From Candidatus Daviesbacteria bacterium (GTDB taxonomy: Bacteria > Patescibacteriota > Microgenomatia > Daviesbacterales > UBA10151): a stretch of 64,000 nt of DNA. Of the stretch, positions 10,666 through 19,576 are shown one piece after another. The stretch lies in assembly GCA_016176335.1 (NCBI GenBank), contig JACOXI010000006.1, positions 12,788 through 76,787 of the forward strand, written 5' to 3'. The translations under genes were made by a program, and so were the position numbers. The stretch's first letter is position 1. Each line of letters starts with the position of its first letter. The notes under the pieces are model-generated. The model had not been told where the DNA came from. It worked only from the letters and a program-made list of their open reading frames with translations, and searched no databases.

Positions 10666-11310
10666 ATGAGAAGTTTTAAGACAGAAGGGATTATTTTAAA
10701 GAGGAGAAATTTTGGTGAAGCTGATCGGATTTTGACTGTTTTTACACCCTCCAGGGGGAAAATTTCTGTTTTGGCAAAAGGAGTTAGAAGAATTAGGTCA
10801 AGGAGAGCTGGTAATGTTGAACTCTTAAACAGAGCAGTCATGTATTTACACCAGAGTAAAGGTCTGCCGATTTTAACCGAGGCGCAAACTTTGGCATCTT
10901 TCCAAAAAATCAAAGAGGATTTGACCCTGTCTACCTATGCTTATCATATTCTGGAATTAGTTAATAAGTTAACAGCAGAGAACCAGGAGAATAGGAGGCT
11001 GTATAGTGATTTAGTTGAGGTTTTGGGATGGTTATCCAAAAATCCCAGACAAATCTTCATCAGAGCATTTGAGGCAAAAATCTTATCAAACTTAGGATTC
11101 ACAAACTTTCAACTTCACACACAGGATTTGTCAAGTAATGTGAGGCAGTTGTTAAGAGATTTGGAATTGTCTTCTTGGGAAAAAATTGAGGCAATAAAGG
11201 TGAAGGAGAAAGAGGCTCTGGAACTGGAACATATCTTGCGATACTATATAGAAAGAACAATTGAGGGAAAATTGAAAAGTAGACAGTTTTTGAAAGACTT
11301 ATATGGATAA
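10666..11310 (+). CDS. recO: DNA repair protein RecO
   Basis: N-terminal OB-fold signature FKTEGIILKRRNFGEADRILTVFTPSRGKISVLAKGVRR. Confidence 0.85.
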   Translation: MRSFKTEGIILKRRNFGEADRILTVFTPSRGKISVLAKGVRRIRSRRAGNVELLNRAVMYLHQSKGLPILTEAQTLASFQKIKEDLTLSTYAYHILELVNKLTAENQENRRLYSDLVEVLGWLSKNPRQIFIRAFEAKILSNLGFTNFQLHTQDLSSNVRQLLRDLELSSWEKIEAIKVKEKEALELEHILRYYIERTIEGKLKSRQFLKDLYG

Positions 11311-12943
11311 TGATTTAATGCAAAAAATTGTAGCTCTTTGTAAAAGGCGGGGATTTGTTTTTCCAGGCTCTGAACTTTATGGAGGACTTAATGGTACATG
11401 GGACTTAGGACCACTCGGTGTTATTTTAGCAAATAATATCAAAAATGAGTGGTGGAAGAATATTGTTCTTTTGAGAGATGATGTTGTGGGTTTGGATTCG
11501 GCGATTCTTCATCACCCCAAAGTCTGGGAAGCATCTGGTCATATATATTCTTTCACGGATCCCCTCGTAGAATGCTCTGTTTGTAATGCAAGATTTAGAA
11601 CGGATCACTTAATCAAATATCCTAAGTATTATAGAGCTGTTTTAGCTGAAGCTGACGAATACGTTGATAGGAGCTTAAAGGTTGTAGAAGAAATCCATCA
11701 AAATGTTAAAAATCTCATGGTAATTTTAAACAAGCTAAATAGTAGTCGGAATCTACCTTCTCTTACTTCGGAAGAGAAAAAAGTTATAGAGGAGAGAGCA
11801 AGAATTCTGAATGAAATTATAGACGATGAGCTTAAAAAAGGTAGTAAGAAACTGGAGGAAATCGGCCTAGTAATTAAGGAAACAGCGCAGTATAAAAGAT
11901 TTAGAGGATTTTTGGTAAAGTTTCTTTATTTAGATAGGATGGTATTTTGTCCTGTATGTGGATCTAAGAATTGGTCTACCCCAAAAGATTTTAATCTTAT
12001 GTTTAAAACTCACTTGGGTCCAGTTGAAGAAAGCGGTTCTTTAATCTATCTTAGACCGGAAACAGCACAGGGTATCTTTATTAATTTCCAAAACGTATTG
12101 GATACAACACGACTAAAAATTCCTTTTGGCATTGCTCAAATTGGTAAAGGTTTCAGAAATGAGATAACAACAGGCAACTTTCTTTTCAGGGTTAGAGAAT
12201 TCGAAATGATGGAGCTAGAATTCTTCGTTAGACCAGGGGAGGGAGAAAAACAACATCAATATTGGAAAGAGGAAAGATTGAGATGGTATATAGATCTTGG
12301 AATAAATAAAGAAAATATCAAAATAATAGATTTACCAAAAGAGGAATTAGCTCATTATTCAAAGGGTACTGCAGAGATTTGGTATAAGTGGCCCTTTATG
12401 GGATTCGGAGAACTCGAGGGTGTCGCCAATCGAGGAGATTACGATCTTAAGAGGCATTCTGAATATTCGGGTAAGAAATTGGAGGTTGTTGATCCAGTAG
12501 GCGCTGAGGGAATAGAAACTCCTATGCCACCTTATACTCCATATGTGATAGAACCATCAGTAGGTGTTGGTAGAGCAATGCTAGCATTTTTAATAGATGC
12601 TTATTCTGAAGATGGAAAAAGGATAGTTTTGAAACTTCATCCGAAGTTGGCTCCATACAAAGTTGCGGTTTTTCCGCTTCTTGCAAACAAACCCGAGCTG
12701 GTCAAATTAGCCAGAGAAATTTATGTTGATCTGCGAAAGGGTTTTATGGTAGCCTGGGATGAGAGGGGTAATATTGGAGGAAGATATGCTTCTCAAGATG
12801 AGATTGGTACTCCATTTTGTGTGACTGTTGATTTCCAAAGCCTTGAGGATGAAATGGTAACTGTAAGAGATAGAGATACAACCAAACAGGATAGAGTTAA
12901 AATGGTTGACTTGAAACAGTTGTTATCTGATAAACTCATTTAA
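11303..12943 (+). CDS. glyQS: Glycine--tRNA ligase, alpha2 (GlyQS) type
   Basis: RRGFVFPGSELYGGLNGTWDLGPLG N-terminus, class II motifs and CxxC insertion. Confidence 0.9.
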   Translation: MDNDLMQKIVALCKRRGFVFPGSELYGGLNGTWDLGPLGVILANNIKNEWWKNIVLLRDDVVGLDSAILHHPKVWEASGHIYSFTDPLVECSVCNARFRTDHLIKYPKYYRAVLAEADEYVDRSLKVVEEIHQNVKNLMVILNKLNSSRNLPSLTSEEKKVIEERARILNEIIDDELKKGSKKLEEIGLVIKETAQYKRFRGFLVKFLYLDRMVFCPVCGSKNWSTPKDFNLMFKTHLGPVEESGSLIYLRPETAQGIFINFQNVLDTTRLKIPFGIAQIGKGFRNEITTGNFLFRVREFEMMELEFFVRPGEGEKQHQYWKEERLRWYIDLGINKENIKIIDLPKEELAHYSKGTAEIWYKWPFMGFGELEGVANRGDYDLKRHSEYSGKKLEVVDPVGAEGIETPMPPYTPYVIEPSVGVGRAMLAFLIDAYSEDGKRIVLKLHPKLAPYKVAVFPLLANKPELVKLAREIYVDLRKGFMVAWDERGNIGGRYASQDEIGTPFCVTVDFQSLEDEMVTVRDRDTTKQDRVKMVDLKQLLSDKLI

Positions 12944-13036
12944 CTCGAGTTTGCAACTCTCGTTAAATAATTTTGAACCCAAAATATCTTGTTAAAATTG
13001 CAAACTGAAGTATTTTGGGTATAGAATAGATTAGTA

Positions 13037-13975
13037 GTGGAAAAAATAAAAATCTGGTTTGCTGCCCATAAAGTAACTGCCATTTTGGCAGTTTTAATTA
13101 TCTTAATTCTTTCAGCTGCTTTATTTACTTTCCAAAAAATCATATCTAAACCTGCTGGTTCGGTTGAAGAAGTTGATCTAATTTTTGATGCAGAAGGTCC
13201 CTATGCCCAAATTTTTCCCAGAAAAGACGGCAATGCCTTGATTTTGCGCCTTACCAGAACCAGCTCTTATGATGCTATTTCCTATGAATTGGCTTATACC
13301 AGCAAAGTTTTGGAAACAGCAATACAGGGAGGTAGGGTGCTGGATGGGGGAGAATCAGCAGATTCGGCAAGCTCACTGCAGGTGGATTTGGGGAATTCGG
13401 GGACAATTGATAGAGGGGTTATAGGTACGATTAATGTATCGGAGAAAAAGGGGGAGTATGAACAGGAAATTTTGTTTGGGACCTGTTCCAAAAATATCTG
13501 TAAATACGATAAGGGTGTTGAAAATGGGACTTTGACTCTGCATATAGTACGTGTCTCCTTTGGAGGTAAAAAAAAGGCATACAGGATGGTGACACAGTGG
13601 CATTTGCAAAAACCTGATGTGGCTTTAGGGCAACTTACCTCCGGCGATGGACATTTTATTTATATGTTGGATGCAGACAGACAGACACTTGCCAACGTAG
13701 GATTTTCGATAGTAAACGACTTAACCGGTGTTCCAAAACTCCCGCCTGGTAAAGAGGTTTTAGGCAAAGTTTATTCTTTAAATGTGCCTATTGCCAAACA
13801 GCTTCCAAGTGGATCAATAAGCTTGGAATTGGTTGAAAACCCGCAGGAGGGAGCAAAACTTTATAGCCATAATGGCAGTGACTGGAAGGAGTTAGATACA
13901 AAAATTGATGGAAGTAAATTATCTGCTAAAGCAGACGGTGCAGGAATTTTTGCAGTTTTAATCCCTAGAAAATAA
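13037..13975 (+). CDS. Hypothetical secreted/membrane-anchored protein
   Basis: GTG start and N-terminal TM helix. No recognisable domain. Confidence 0.5.
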   Translation: MEKIKIWFAAHKVTAILAVLIILILSAALFTFQKIISKPAGSVEEVDLIFDAEGPYAQIFPRKDGNALILRLTRTSSYDAISYELAYTSKVLETAIQGGRVLDGGESADSASSLQVDLGNSGTIDRGVIGTINVSEKKGEYEQEILFGTCSKNICKYDKGVENGTLTLHIVRVSFGGKKKAYRMVTQWHLQKPDVALGQLTSGDGHFIYMLDADRQTLANVGFSIVNDLTGVPKLPPGKEVLGKVYSLNVPIAKQLPSGSISLELVENPQEGAKLYSHNGSDWKELDTKIDGSKLSAKADGAGIFAVLIPRK

Positions 13976-13983
13976 CTATCGAT

Positions 13984-14102
13984 TCAGTCGGCAACCTCGC
14001 TCTCTTGCTCACTAATGCAAGCATCCTGCGGCTAATCGCCTCGGATACGCTCGCTTCGCTCGTCTAGAGTTCGCTGTGTTCGGAGGTAGCCTCCTTCCGC
14101 AT
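13984..14102. repeat. GC-rich structured intergenic element (core CGCTCGCTTCGCTCG); member of a dispersed degenerate family
   Basis: Local GC far above the genome background. Contains the GGAGGtagCCTCC hairpin and shares a CTCGCTTCG-like core with the elements at 57645-57712 and 63406-63494. Confidence 0.5.
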
Positions 14103-14130
14103 AAATTTCCTTCTTGACAATTGATATTAA

Positions 14131-14170
14131 AATGGTGGAAAATGGTTATAGATGGTGAAAAAGGGTGAAA
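14131..14170 (+). promoter_or_regulatory. Putative MraZ operator: four direct repeats (A/G)TGGT(G/T) phased exactly 10 bp apart
   Basis: TGGTG at 14133, TGGTT at 14143, TGGTG at 14153, GGGTG at 14163. Lies upstream of mraZ, downstream of TTGACA at 14114-14119. Confidence 0.6.
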
Positions 14171-14247
14171 ACCCTTAGATTTTCTGCCCAGAAAGACCGC
14201 CTTCGTCAAGATGACTTGGCTTCGGCGAGATCAAAGAGGATGTCCTC

Positions 14248-14658
14248 ATGTTTTTGGGCGAATATCCAACACAATTTTCAGGACGCGGCAGAGTAATACT
14301 ACCTAAAAAATTAAGAGAAGGAATCTCGGGTGACGAGATTATATTAAGTAAAGGATTTGAAGGTTGTATATGGGGATTTAATAAGAAGGTATGGGAGAAA
14401 GAAGCGGAAAAGCAACTTGAGGTGTCAAGTTTGGATGAAAAGGCAAGGCTTATGAGAAGATATATATTCTCATCAAGCATTACAGTGGAATTGGATGGAC
14501 AAGGTAGATTTGTGATTCCACAAAGCCTTCTTAATTATGCACAGGTTAAAGGGGGAGTGGTAATAATAGGAGCCGGTGATCATTTTGAGGTTTGGCAAAA
14601 GAGTTTATGGGGAAAGCACTTAAGGGCAATAGAGAAGGAATATGGAAGATTACCATGA
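14248..14658 (+). CDS. mraZ: Transcriptional regulator MraZ
   Basis: MFLGEYPTQFSGRGRVILPKKLRE and a second repeat GQGRFVIPQSLL. Confidence 0.9.
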   Translation: MFLGEYPTQFSGRGRVILPKKLREGISGDEIILSKGFEGCIWGFNKKVWEKEAEKQLEVSSLDEKARLMRRYIFSSSITVELDGQGRFVIPQSLLNYAQVKGGVVIIGAGDHFEVWQKSLWGKHLRAIEKEYGRLP

Positions 14659-15595
14659 GGGGAACCCTCTGATAGGTAAGACCTATCATAACAGCGTTTT
14701 TTTGAAAGAGGTAATGGGTGCACTCGACCCCGCCTATGGCGGGGTCAATATCCGAGATGCCTGGTATATAGATTGTACCTTAGGCGACGGAGGGCATTCG
14801 ATAGAAATCATCAAGCGGGGTGGGAGAGTTATTGGAATAGACGTAGACCCGCAGGCCCTTGGGAGAGTGCAAGAAAGGTTTAAAGAATTGGGGTATTTGG
14901 GGATTTTAGGGGAAAGAATCAAGTTAGTTCAGGGAAATTTTAGGGATGTTAAAAAATTAATACAGCAGACGGACGCCGGAAAAGAATTTGCAGGTGCCAT
15001 ATTTGATCTGGGGGTTTCCTCTGTGCAGCTTGAAACCCCTGGAAGGGGTTTTTCTTTCTCCAAAGAGGGACCCTTGGATATGAGAATGGATCCGACTTTA
15101 CAAGTTCGTGCTTTAGACCTTATTAATGCTGGCGGAAGAAAGGAACTGAATGAGTTATTTAGTCGTTTGGGTGAAGAAAAATATTCTAGGCGTCTGGCTG
15201 ACGCTTTGGTACTCGCCCGTGAAATAAGAGGAAAGGATATAAGAACAACCAGGGATCTGGCTGATTTTGTGGAAAAGGTGGTGGGAGGAAGAAAGGGCAG
15301 GATCCATCCTGCAACTCAAGTGTTTCAGGCCCTAAGAATAGCCGTGAATGATGAGTTGGGAGCTTTACAGGAAGGGTTGGATCAAATAATAGATCTAATG
15401 GAGAAGAAGGGCAGAATCGTGGTTATTAGTTTTCATTCATTGGAGGATAGGATTGTTAAATTTACTTTTAGAAAATGGGAGGAGGGGGGGAAGGGTTTGA
15501 TTATAACGGAAAGACCGATTGTACCATCAGATGATGAGGTGAGAAATAATCCTAGGTCGAGGTCGGCAAAGATGAGAGTTTTTCAAAGATTATGA
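14642..15595 (+). CDS. rsmH: 16S rRNA (cytosine1402-N4)-methyltransferase RsmH
   Basis: YIDCTLGDGGHS and DLGVSSVQLE motifs. Confidence 0.9.
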   Translation: MEDYHEGNPLIGKTYHNSVFLKEVMGALDPAYGGVNIRDAWYIDCTLGDGGHSIEIIKRGGRVIGIDVDPQALGRVQERFKELGYLGILGERIKLVQGNFRDVKKLIQQTDAGKEFAGAIFDLGVSSVQLETPGRGFSFSKEGPLDMRMDPTLQVRALDLINAGGRKELNELFSRLGEEKYSRRLADALVLAREIRGKDIRTTRDLADFVEKVVGGRKGRIHPATQVFQALRIAVNDELGALQEGLDQIIDLMEKKGRIVVISFHSLEDRIVKFTFRKWEEGGKGLIITERPIVPSDDEVRNNPRSRSAKMRVFQRL

Positions 15596-15888
15596 CAATC
15601 ATTAAAAAATTTGAACCGGAACTGCCACAAAAGAGAATTTCTAAAAAATTGGTTGTATCCATATTAGCATGCCTTTTTGTATTAACTTTGGTGCAAATTT
15701 GGGTTTCTAATACCCTTGTTTCCTACGGTGAGAAGTTTGAAAGACTTTCTTCTCTTGAGCAAACCTTAAAAACAGCAAATCAGATTCTTGAAAATGAAAT
15801 AGCAAAAAAAGCTTCATTGACAAACTTGGCCACAGAATCAGCTGAACTTGGTTTTTATAAACAGGAGAGTATACAATATATTCGTTGA
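15592..15888 (+). CDS. ftsL: Cell division protein FtsL-like (small bitopic coiled-coil protein)
   Basis: Position between rsmH and ftsI. Single TM plus coiled coil. Confidence 0.6.
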   Translation: MTIIKKFEPELPQKRISKKLVVSILACLFVLTLVQIWVSNTLVSYGEKFERLSSLEQTLKTANQILENEIAKKASLTNLATESAELGFYKQESIQYIR

Positions 15889-17588
15889 TGCGAATTTATT
15901 GGATAAAAATTTTCTTTCTTCTTTTCTTTTTAGCGATCTTTCTACGACTTTTCTATTGGCAAATAATAAGGGGTGAATTTCTACAAGCACAAGCCGAAGG
16001 TCAACACTTTACCGATGTTACACTAAAAGCTATCCGGGGAAAAGTATTCTTTTCCGACGGAAGTTTGCTTGCCTCGTCAAACCCTTCTTACCTGTTATTT
16101 GGTCTGCCGAAAGTTATCAAGGAAGACAAAAGGGTAGATACCGCATACGCTCTTGCCAAAATTATTGCCGGGTCGGATGCAAAAGATGTTTCGGAGGTTG
16201 CAAAAGATACCATCAATAAACTTTCCCAGGATCTTTATTGGATTAGACTTTACAGTAATATAACAGTTGAGCAAAAAAAAGCAATTGAGCGGTTAAACAT
16301 ATCAGGGATGGGCTTTGAGCAGGGAAGTGTCAGGTTTTACCCGGAGGGGTCTTCATCTGCTCATCTTCTTGGTTTTGTTGGGAAGGATGCCAAGGGTGAT
16401 GATAAGGGATATTTTGGGTTGGAAGGATATTATGATGGTGAATTGCGCAGTCTTAAAGGATTGGTCAGGCAAGAAAGAGATGCGGTTGGTTTACCTATCC
16501 TGATTGGTAATTTCCAAACAACAAATGCGAGAAACGGTAAGGATTTAATCTTAAATATTGATAGATCTGTTCAATTTATTGTGGAGCAAGCTCTCAAAAA
16601 TGGTCTTGAAAAATATGGAGCAAAATCCGCATCAGCAGTTGTCATGGAACCAAAAACAGGTAATATTTTGGCCCTTGCTTCTTTTCCAAACTATGATCCG
16701 CTAAATTATTTTAATTACCCAAAAGAATACTACAAGAATCCGATAGTTGCAGATCTTTATGAACCCGGTTCAACTTTTAAAGTTTTGGTCATGGCAGCGG
16801 CCTTAAATGAAGAAGCGGTTAAGCCGGATACAGAGTGTGATATTTGCCAAGGGCCAACCTCAATTGGGGGATTTATCTTGAGAACCTGGAATAATAAGTA
16901 TTTCCCTAATACCAACATGCGTGATGTGATAGTACACTCTGATAATATAGGAATGGTTTTTGCGGGTAAAAAATTGGGGTTAGATAAGTTTTACTCATAT
17001 CTTGAAGATTTTGGTTTGGGTACTCCGTCAAATATAGACTTACAAGATGATTTCTCATCAGATATTAGAGCAAGAGCAGAGTGGAGAGAAATAGACTTGG
17101 CAACAGCATCTTTTGGTCAGGGAATTGCTGTAACAGGTATACAAATGGTTAAAGCTGTAGCAGCAATTGCCAATGGGGGAAAATTAATGGAGCCCCATGT
17201 TGTCAATAAAATTTCCGATGAGAATGGAGTTTTTGAAATCAAGCCTAAAGTGATAAAAGAAGTTATTAAAGAATCTACTGCCCAGCAGGTTAAAGAAATG
17301 ATGGTGGCGGCAGTTTCAGAAGGGGAGGCAAAATTTGCCAAGCCAAAAGGATTTAAAATAGCCGGTAAAACAGGTACTGCCCAAATTCCGGTAGCAGGAC
17401 ATTATGATCCCAATAAAACTATAGCCTCTTTTGTAGGATTTGCACCAGCCGATCATCCAAAATTTGTCATGTTGGTACGTTTCGATCAACCCTCATCATC
17501 CATATATGGTTCGGAAACCGCTGCTCCAACCTTTTTTGAAATTGCCAAAGAACTTTTTACATATTATAAAATTGCACCGGACGAGTAA
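15885..17588 (+). CDS. ftsI: Peptidoglycan D,D-transpeptidase FtsI (class B PBP)
   Basis: Catalytic triad motifs STFK, SDN and KTGT. Confidence 0.9.
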   Translation: MMRIYWIKIFFLLFFLAIFLRLFYWQIIRGEFLQAQAEGQHFTDVTLKAIRGKVFFSDGSLLASSNPSYLLFGLPKVIKEDKRVDTAYALAKIIAGSDAKDVSEVAKDTINKLSQDLYWIRLYSNITVEQKKAIERLNISGMGFEQGSVRFYPEGSSSAHLLGFVGKDAKGDDKGYFGLEGYYDGELRSLKGLVRQERDAVGLPILIGNFQTTNARNGKDLILNIDRSVQFIVEQALKNGLEKYGAKSASAVVMEPKTGNILALASFPNYDPLNYFNYPKEYYKNPIVADLYEPGSTFKVLVMAAALNEEAVKPDTECDICQGPTSIGGFILRTWNNKYFPNTNMRDVIVHSDNIGMVFAGKKLGLDKFYSYLEDFGLGTPSNIDLQDDFSSDIRARAEWREIDLATASFGQGIAVTGIQMVKAVAAIANGGKLMEPHVVNKISDENGVFEIKPKVIKEVIKESTAQQVKEMMVAAVSEGEAKFAKPKGFKIAGKTGTAQIPVAGHYDPNKTIASFVGFAPADHPKFVMLVRFDQPSSSIYGSETAAPTFFEIAKELFTYYKIAPDE

Positions 17589-17735
17589 GTGCGGCAATAA
17601 TGTATAATCGCTTGCGATTACATCGCGTCGCTTCTTATCTGCAAGAGAGGCATGTAGCGACTCATAACGCGATGCGTTATAATCGTTTACGATTACATCG
17701 TTCACTTCTTGTAACGTGGACGTTATAATTAGCCT
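17589..17735. repeat. Intergenic tandem imperfect ~45-bp repeats, each starting with TATAAT and containing a short hairpin
   Basis: tgTATAATCGCTTGCGATTACATCGCGTCGCTTCTT vs gtTATAATCGTTTACGATTACATCGTTCACTTCTT. A third TTATAAT sits 7 nt before the murE ATG at 17737. Confidence 0.6.
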
Positions 17736-18939
17736 CATGAATCTGATAAGGAAGATAGCCAAAAAATTTCTTCCGCAAAAAATTATTAATATTTTTTATC
17801 ATTTACCAAAAGCTTTTTTGGCAAATGTAGTATATGGTTTCCCTACAAGGCGACTAAAAGTAGGAGGGGGACTTACAGTGATTGGAGTTACCGGAACAGA
17901 CGGGAAAACCACCACCGTAAACATGATTTATCAAATACTTAAAGTGGCGGGGAAAAAAGTTTCTATGATCTCTACTATTAATGCTCCAGGTTTTCATGTT
18001 ACTTCTCCTGATCCGTTTGCGGTGCAAAGACTTGCCAAGAAAGCCAAAGTTTCAGGTGATAAATATTTAATTTTGGAAGTAACTTCACATGCTTTGGATC
18101 AATATAGATTTTGGGGTATTAAATTTGATGTTGGTGTTGTGACAAATATCACACATGAACATTTGGATTACCACAAAACTTTTGAAAATTACCTTAATGT
18201 AAAAACGTTCCTACTTAAGAATGTCAAATTTGCCATAGTGAATGATAATTTAAGGGAAGTTTTAGGAAAAAAAAGCGGTAAACTAATTACTTTTGGATTA
18301 GATAAAGGAGATTTTAGTCAGAGGCAGATCAGGCTAAATTTAAAAATTTTTGGTGATTACAATTTGGAGAATGCTTTGGCAGCACTGGCCTGCGGGTTCG
18401 TTTTGGATATTGATAGAAAAATTGCCCAAAGAGCATTGGAAAGATTTGGTGGAATAACTGGCAGAATGGAAGAGATTAAAAATAATAAGGGTATAAAAAT
18501 CTTTATTGATTTTGCACATACACCAAATGCGCTGTTACAAGCTCTTCAAGCCTTAAGACCCAAAACTTCAGGTAGATTGATTGCAGTATTTGGATCAGCA
18601 GGGAAAAGAGATGTTGAAAAAAGAAGTTTAATGGGTGAGATTGCTGCCAGGCAAGCAGATATAGTTGTGGTAACAGCAGAAGATCCCAGAGGAGAGATAG
18701 AACAAATTAATGTAGAGATTACAAAAGGCGCGAAAAAGATGGGGTTAAAGGAAGGGATAAATTTATTTATAACACATGACAGACAAAAAGCTATCAGCCT
18801 CGTTGTAAATGATTTGGCCAGAAAAGGAGATGTAGTGGGGATTTTTGGAAAAGGGCACGAAACATCGATGAATTTGGATGGGAGAAAAGAAATTCCCTGG
18901 TCTGATTTTGAAGCAGTAAAAAAAGCTCTAAATGGATAA
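17716..18939 (+). CDS. murE: UDP-N-acetylmuramoyl-L-alanyl-D-glutamate--diamino-acid ligase MurE (short form; start may be ATG 17737)
   Basis: GVTGTDGKTTT P-loop and TNITHEHLDYH motif. Confidence 0.8.
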   Translation: MDVIISLMNLIRKIAKKFLPQKIINIFYHLPKAFLANVVYGFPTRRLKVGGGLTVIGVTGTDGKTTTVNMIYQILKVAGKKVSMISTINAPGFHVTSPDPFAVQRLAKKAKVSGDKYLILEVTSHALDQYRFWGIKFDVGVVTNITHEHLDYHKTFENYLNVKTFLLKNVKFAIVNDNLREVLGKKSGKLITFGLDKGDFSQRQIRLNLKIFGDYNLENALAALACGFVLDIDRKIAQRALERFGGITGRMEEIKNNKGIKIFIDFAHTPNALLQALQALRPKTSGRLIAVFGSAGKRDVEKRSLMGEIAARQADIVVVTAEDPRGEIEQINVEITKGAKKMGLKEGINLFITHDRQKAISLVVNDLARKGDVVGIFGKGHETSMNLDGRKEIPWSDFEAVKKALNG

Positions 18940-19516
18940 CAAATTCAAATTAATAATTGATTCTTTTGGTCATGACAAATTTAAATTCGATGAACCTATT
19001 AGTAATTATAGTGCCTTGAATGTTGGTGGGCCGGCTAAATTATTTTTTATCGCCTTTACCACCGGGGAATTGGTGAAAATTATTAAAATGTGTAGAGATT
19101 TACGCCTTCCCTATTTTTTGTTTGGAACCGGAACTAAAATGATGATTTCGGATCAGGGATTTTTGGGATTGGTAATAAAAAACAGAACTAAAAATATCCA
19201 AACAATTTCGGTTAAGGGCAAAGTATCAAGATTCGGGGTGGGTGTGGAAGAGGCTTTGATTGAAGTGGATTCCGGTGTTAGTTTGGGTAAATTCGCCGAA
19301 GAGTTGGAAAGACAAAATCTTTCAGCGGAGAGTTTCAAGGGTATTCCGGGGAGCATCGGCGGAAATCTTTTGGTGAGCACTGTTTTGCAAAAATTAGTAA
19401 AAAGTATTAAAGTATTAGGTCAAGGTTCAGAAATAGGGGAAATAAATTCTGAAAGTTTAAGCTTTAAAAAGCATATAATTCTATCAGCAGTTTTTAAGAT
19501 AAAAGCAAAAGAATGA
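18932..19516 (+). CDS. murB: UDP-N-acetylenolpyruvoylglucosamine reductase MurB, FAD-binding N-terminal part only (C-terminal MurB_C domain absent)
   Basis: NVGGPAKLFF...LFGTGTKMMISDQG...GIPGSIGGNL align to MurB N-domain. ORF stops where MurB_C should begin. Confidence 0.65.
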   Translation: MDNKFKLIIDSFGHDKFKFDEPISNYSALNVGGPAKLFFIAFTTGELVKIIKMCRDLRLPYFLFGTGTKMMISDQGFLGLVIKNRTKNIQTISVKGKVSRFGVGVEEALIEVDSGVSLGKFAEELERQNLSAESFKGIPGSIGGNLLVSTVLQKLVKSIKVLGQGSEIGEINSESLSFKKHIILSAVFKIKAKE

Positions 19517-19531
19517 TTATACGGAGTAAGT

Positions 19532-19576
19532 ATGAAGTATCAAATTGCGGGAGGTAAAAAGCTGGAAATGGAGTGA
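19532..19576 (+). other. 14-codon mini-ORF (MKYQIAGGKKLEME) duplicating the murA N-terminus, immediately upstream of murA
   Basis: Peptide parallels the murA start MRYIINGGHRLDGE. Ends TGA 2 nt before the murA ATG. Confidence 0.5.

Noticed and set aside
12944-13036. Inverted repeats after glyQS (CCCAAAATA-N25-TATTTTGGG; TTTGCAA...TTGCAAA) as a rho-independent terminator
   Set aside because: The stems are AT-rich and not followed by a T-tract. They could equally be part of the downstream promoter (TTGTTA...TATTTT), so no terminator is called.
19574-19576. Possible UGA-as-Gly recoding (codes 25/4, as in some CPR lineages) to explain the mini-ORF ahead of murA
   Set aside because: Reading through the TGA hits TAA four codons later. 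Many well-supported genes in the window terminate cleanly at TGA, so the standard code is used.
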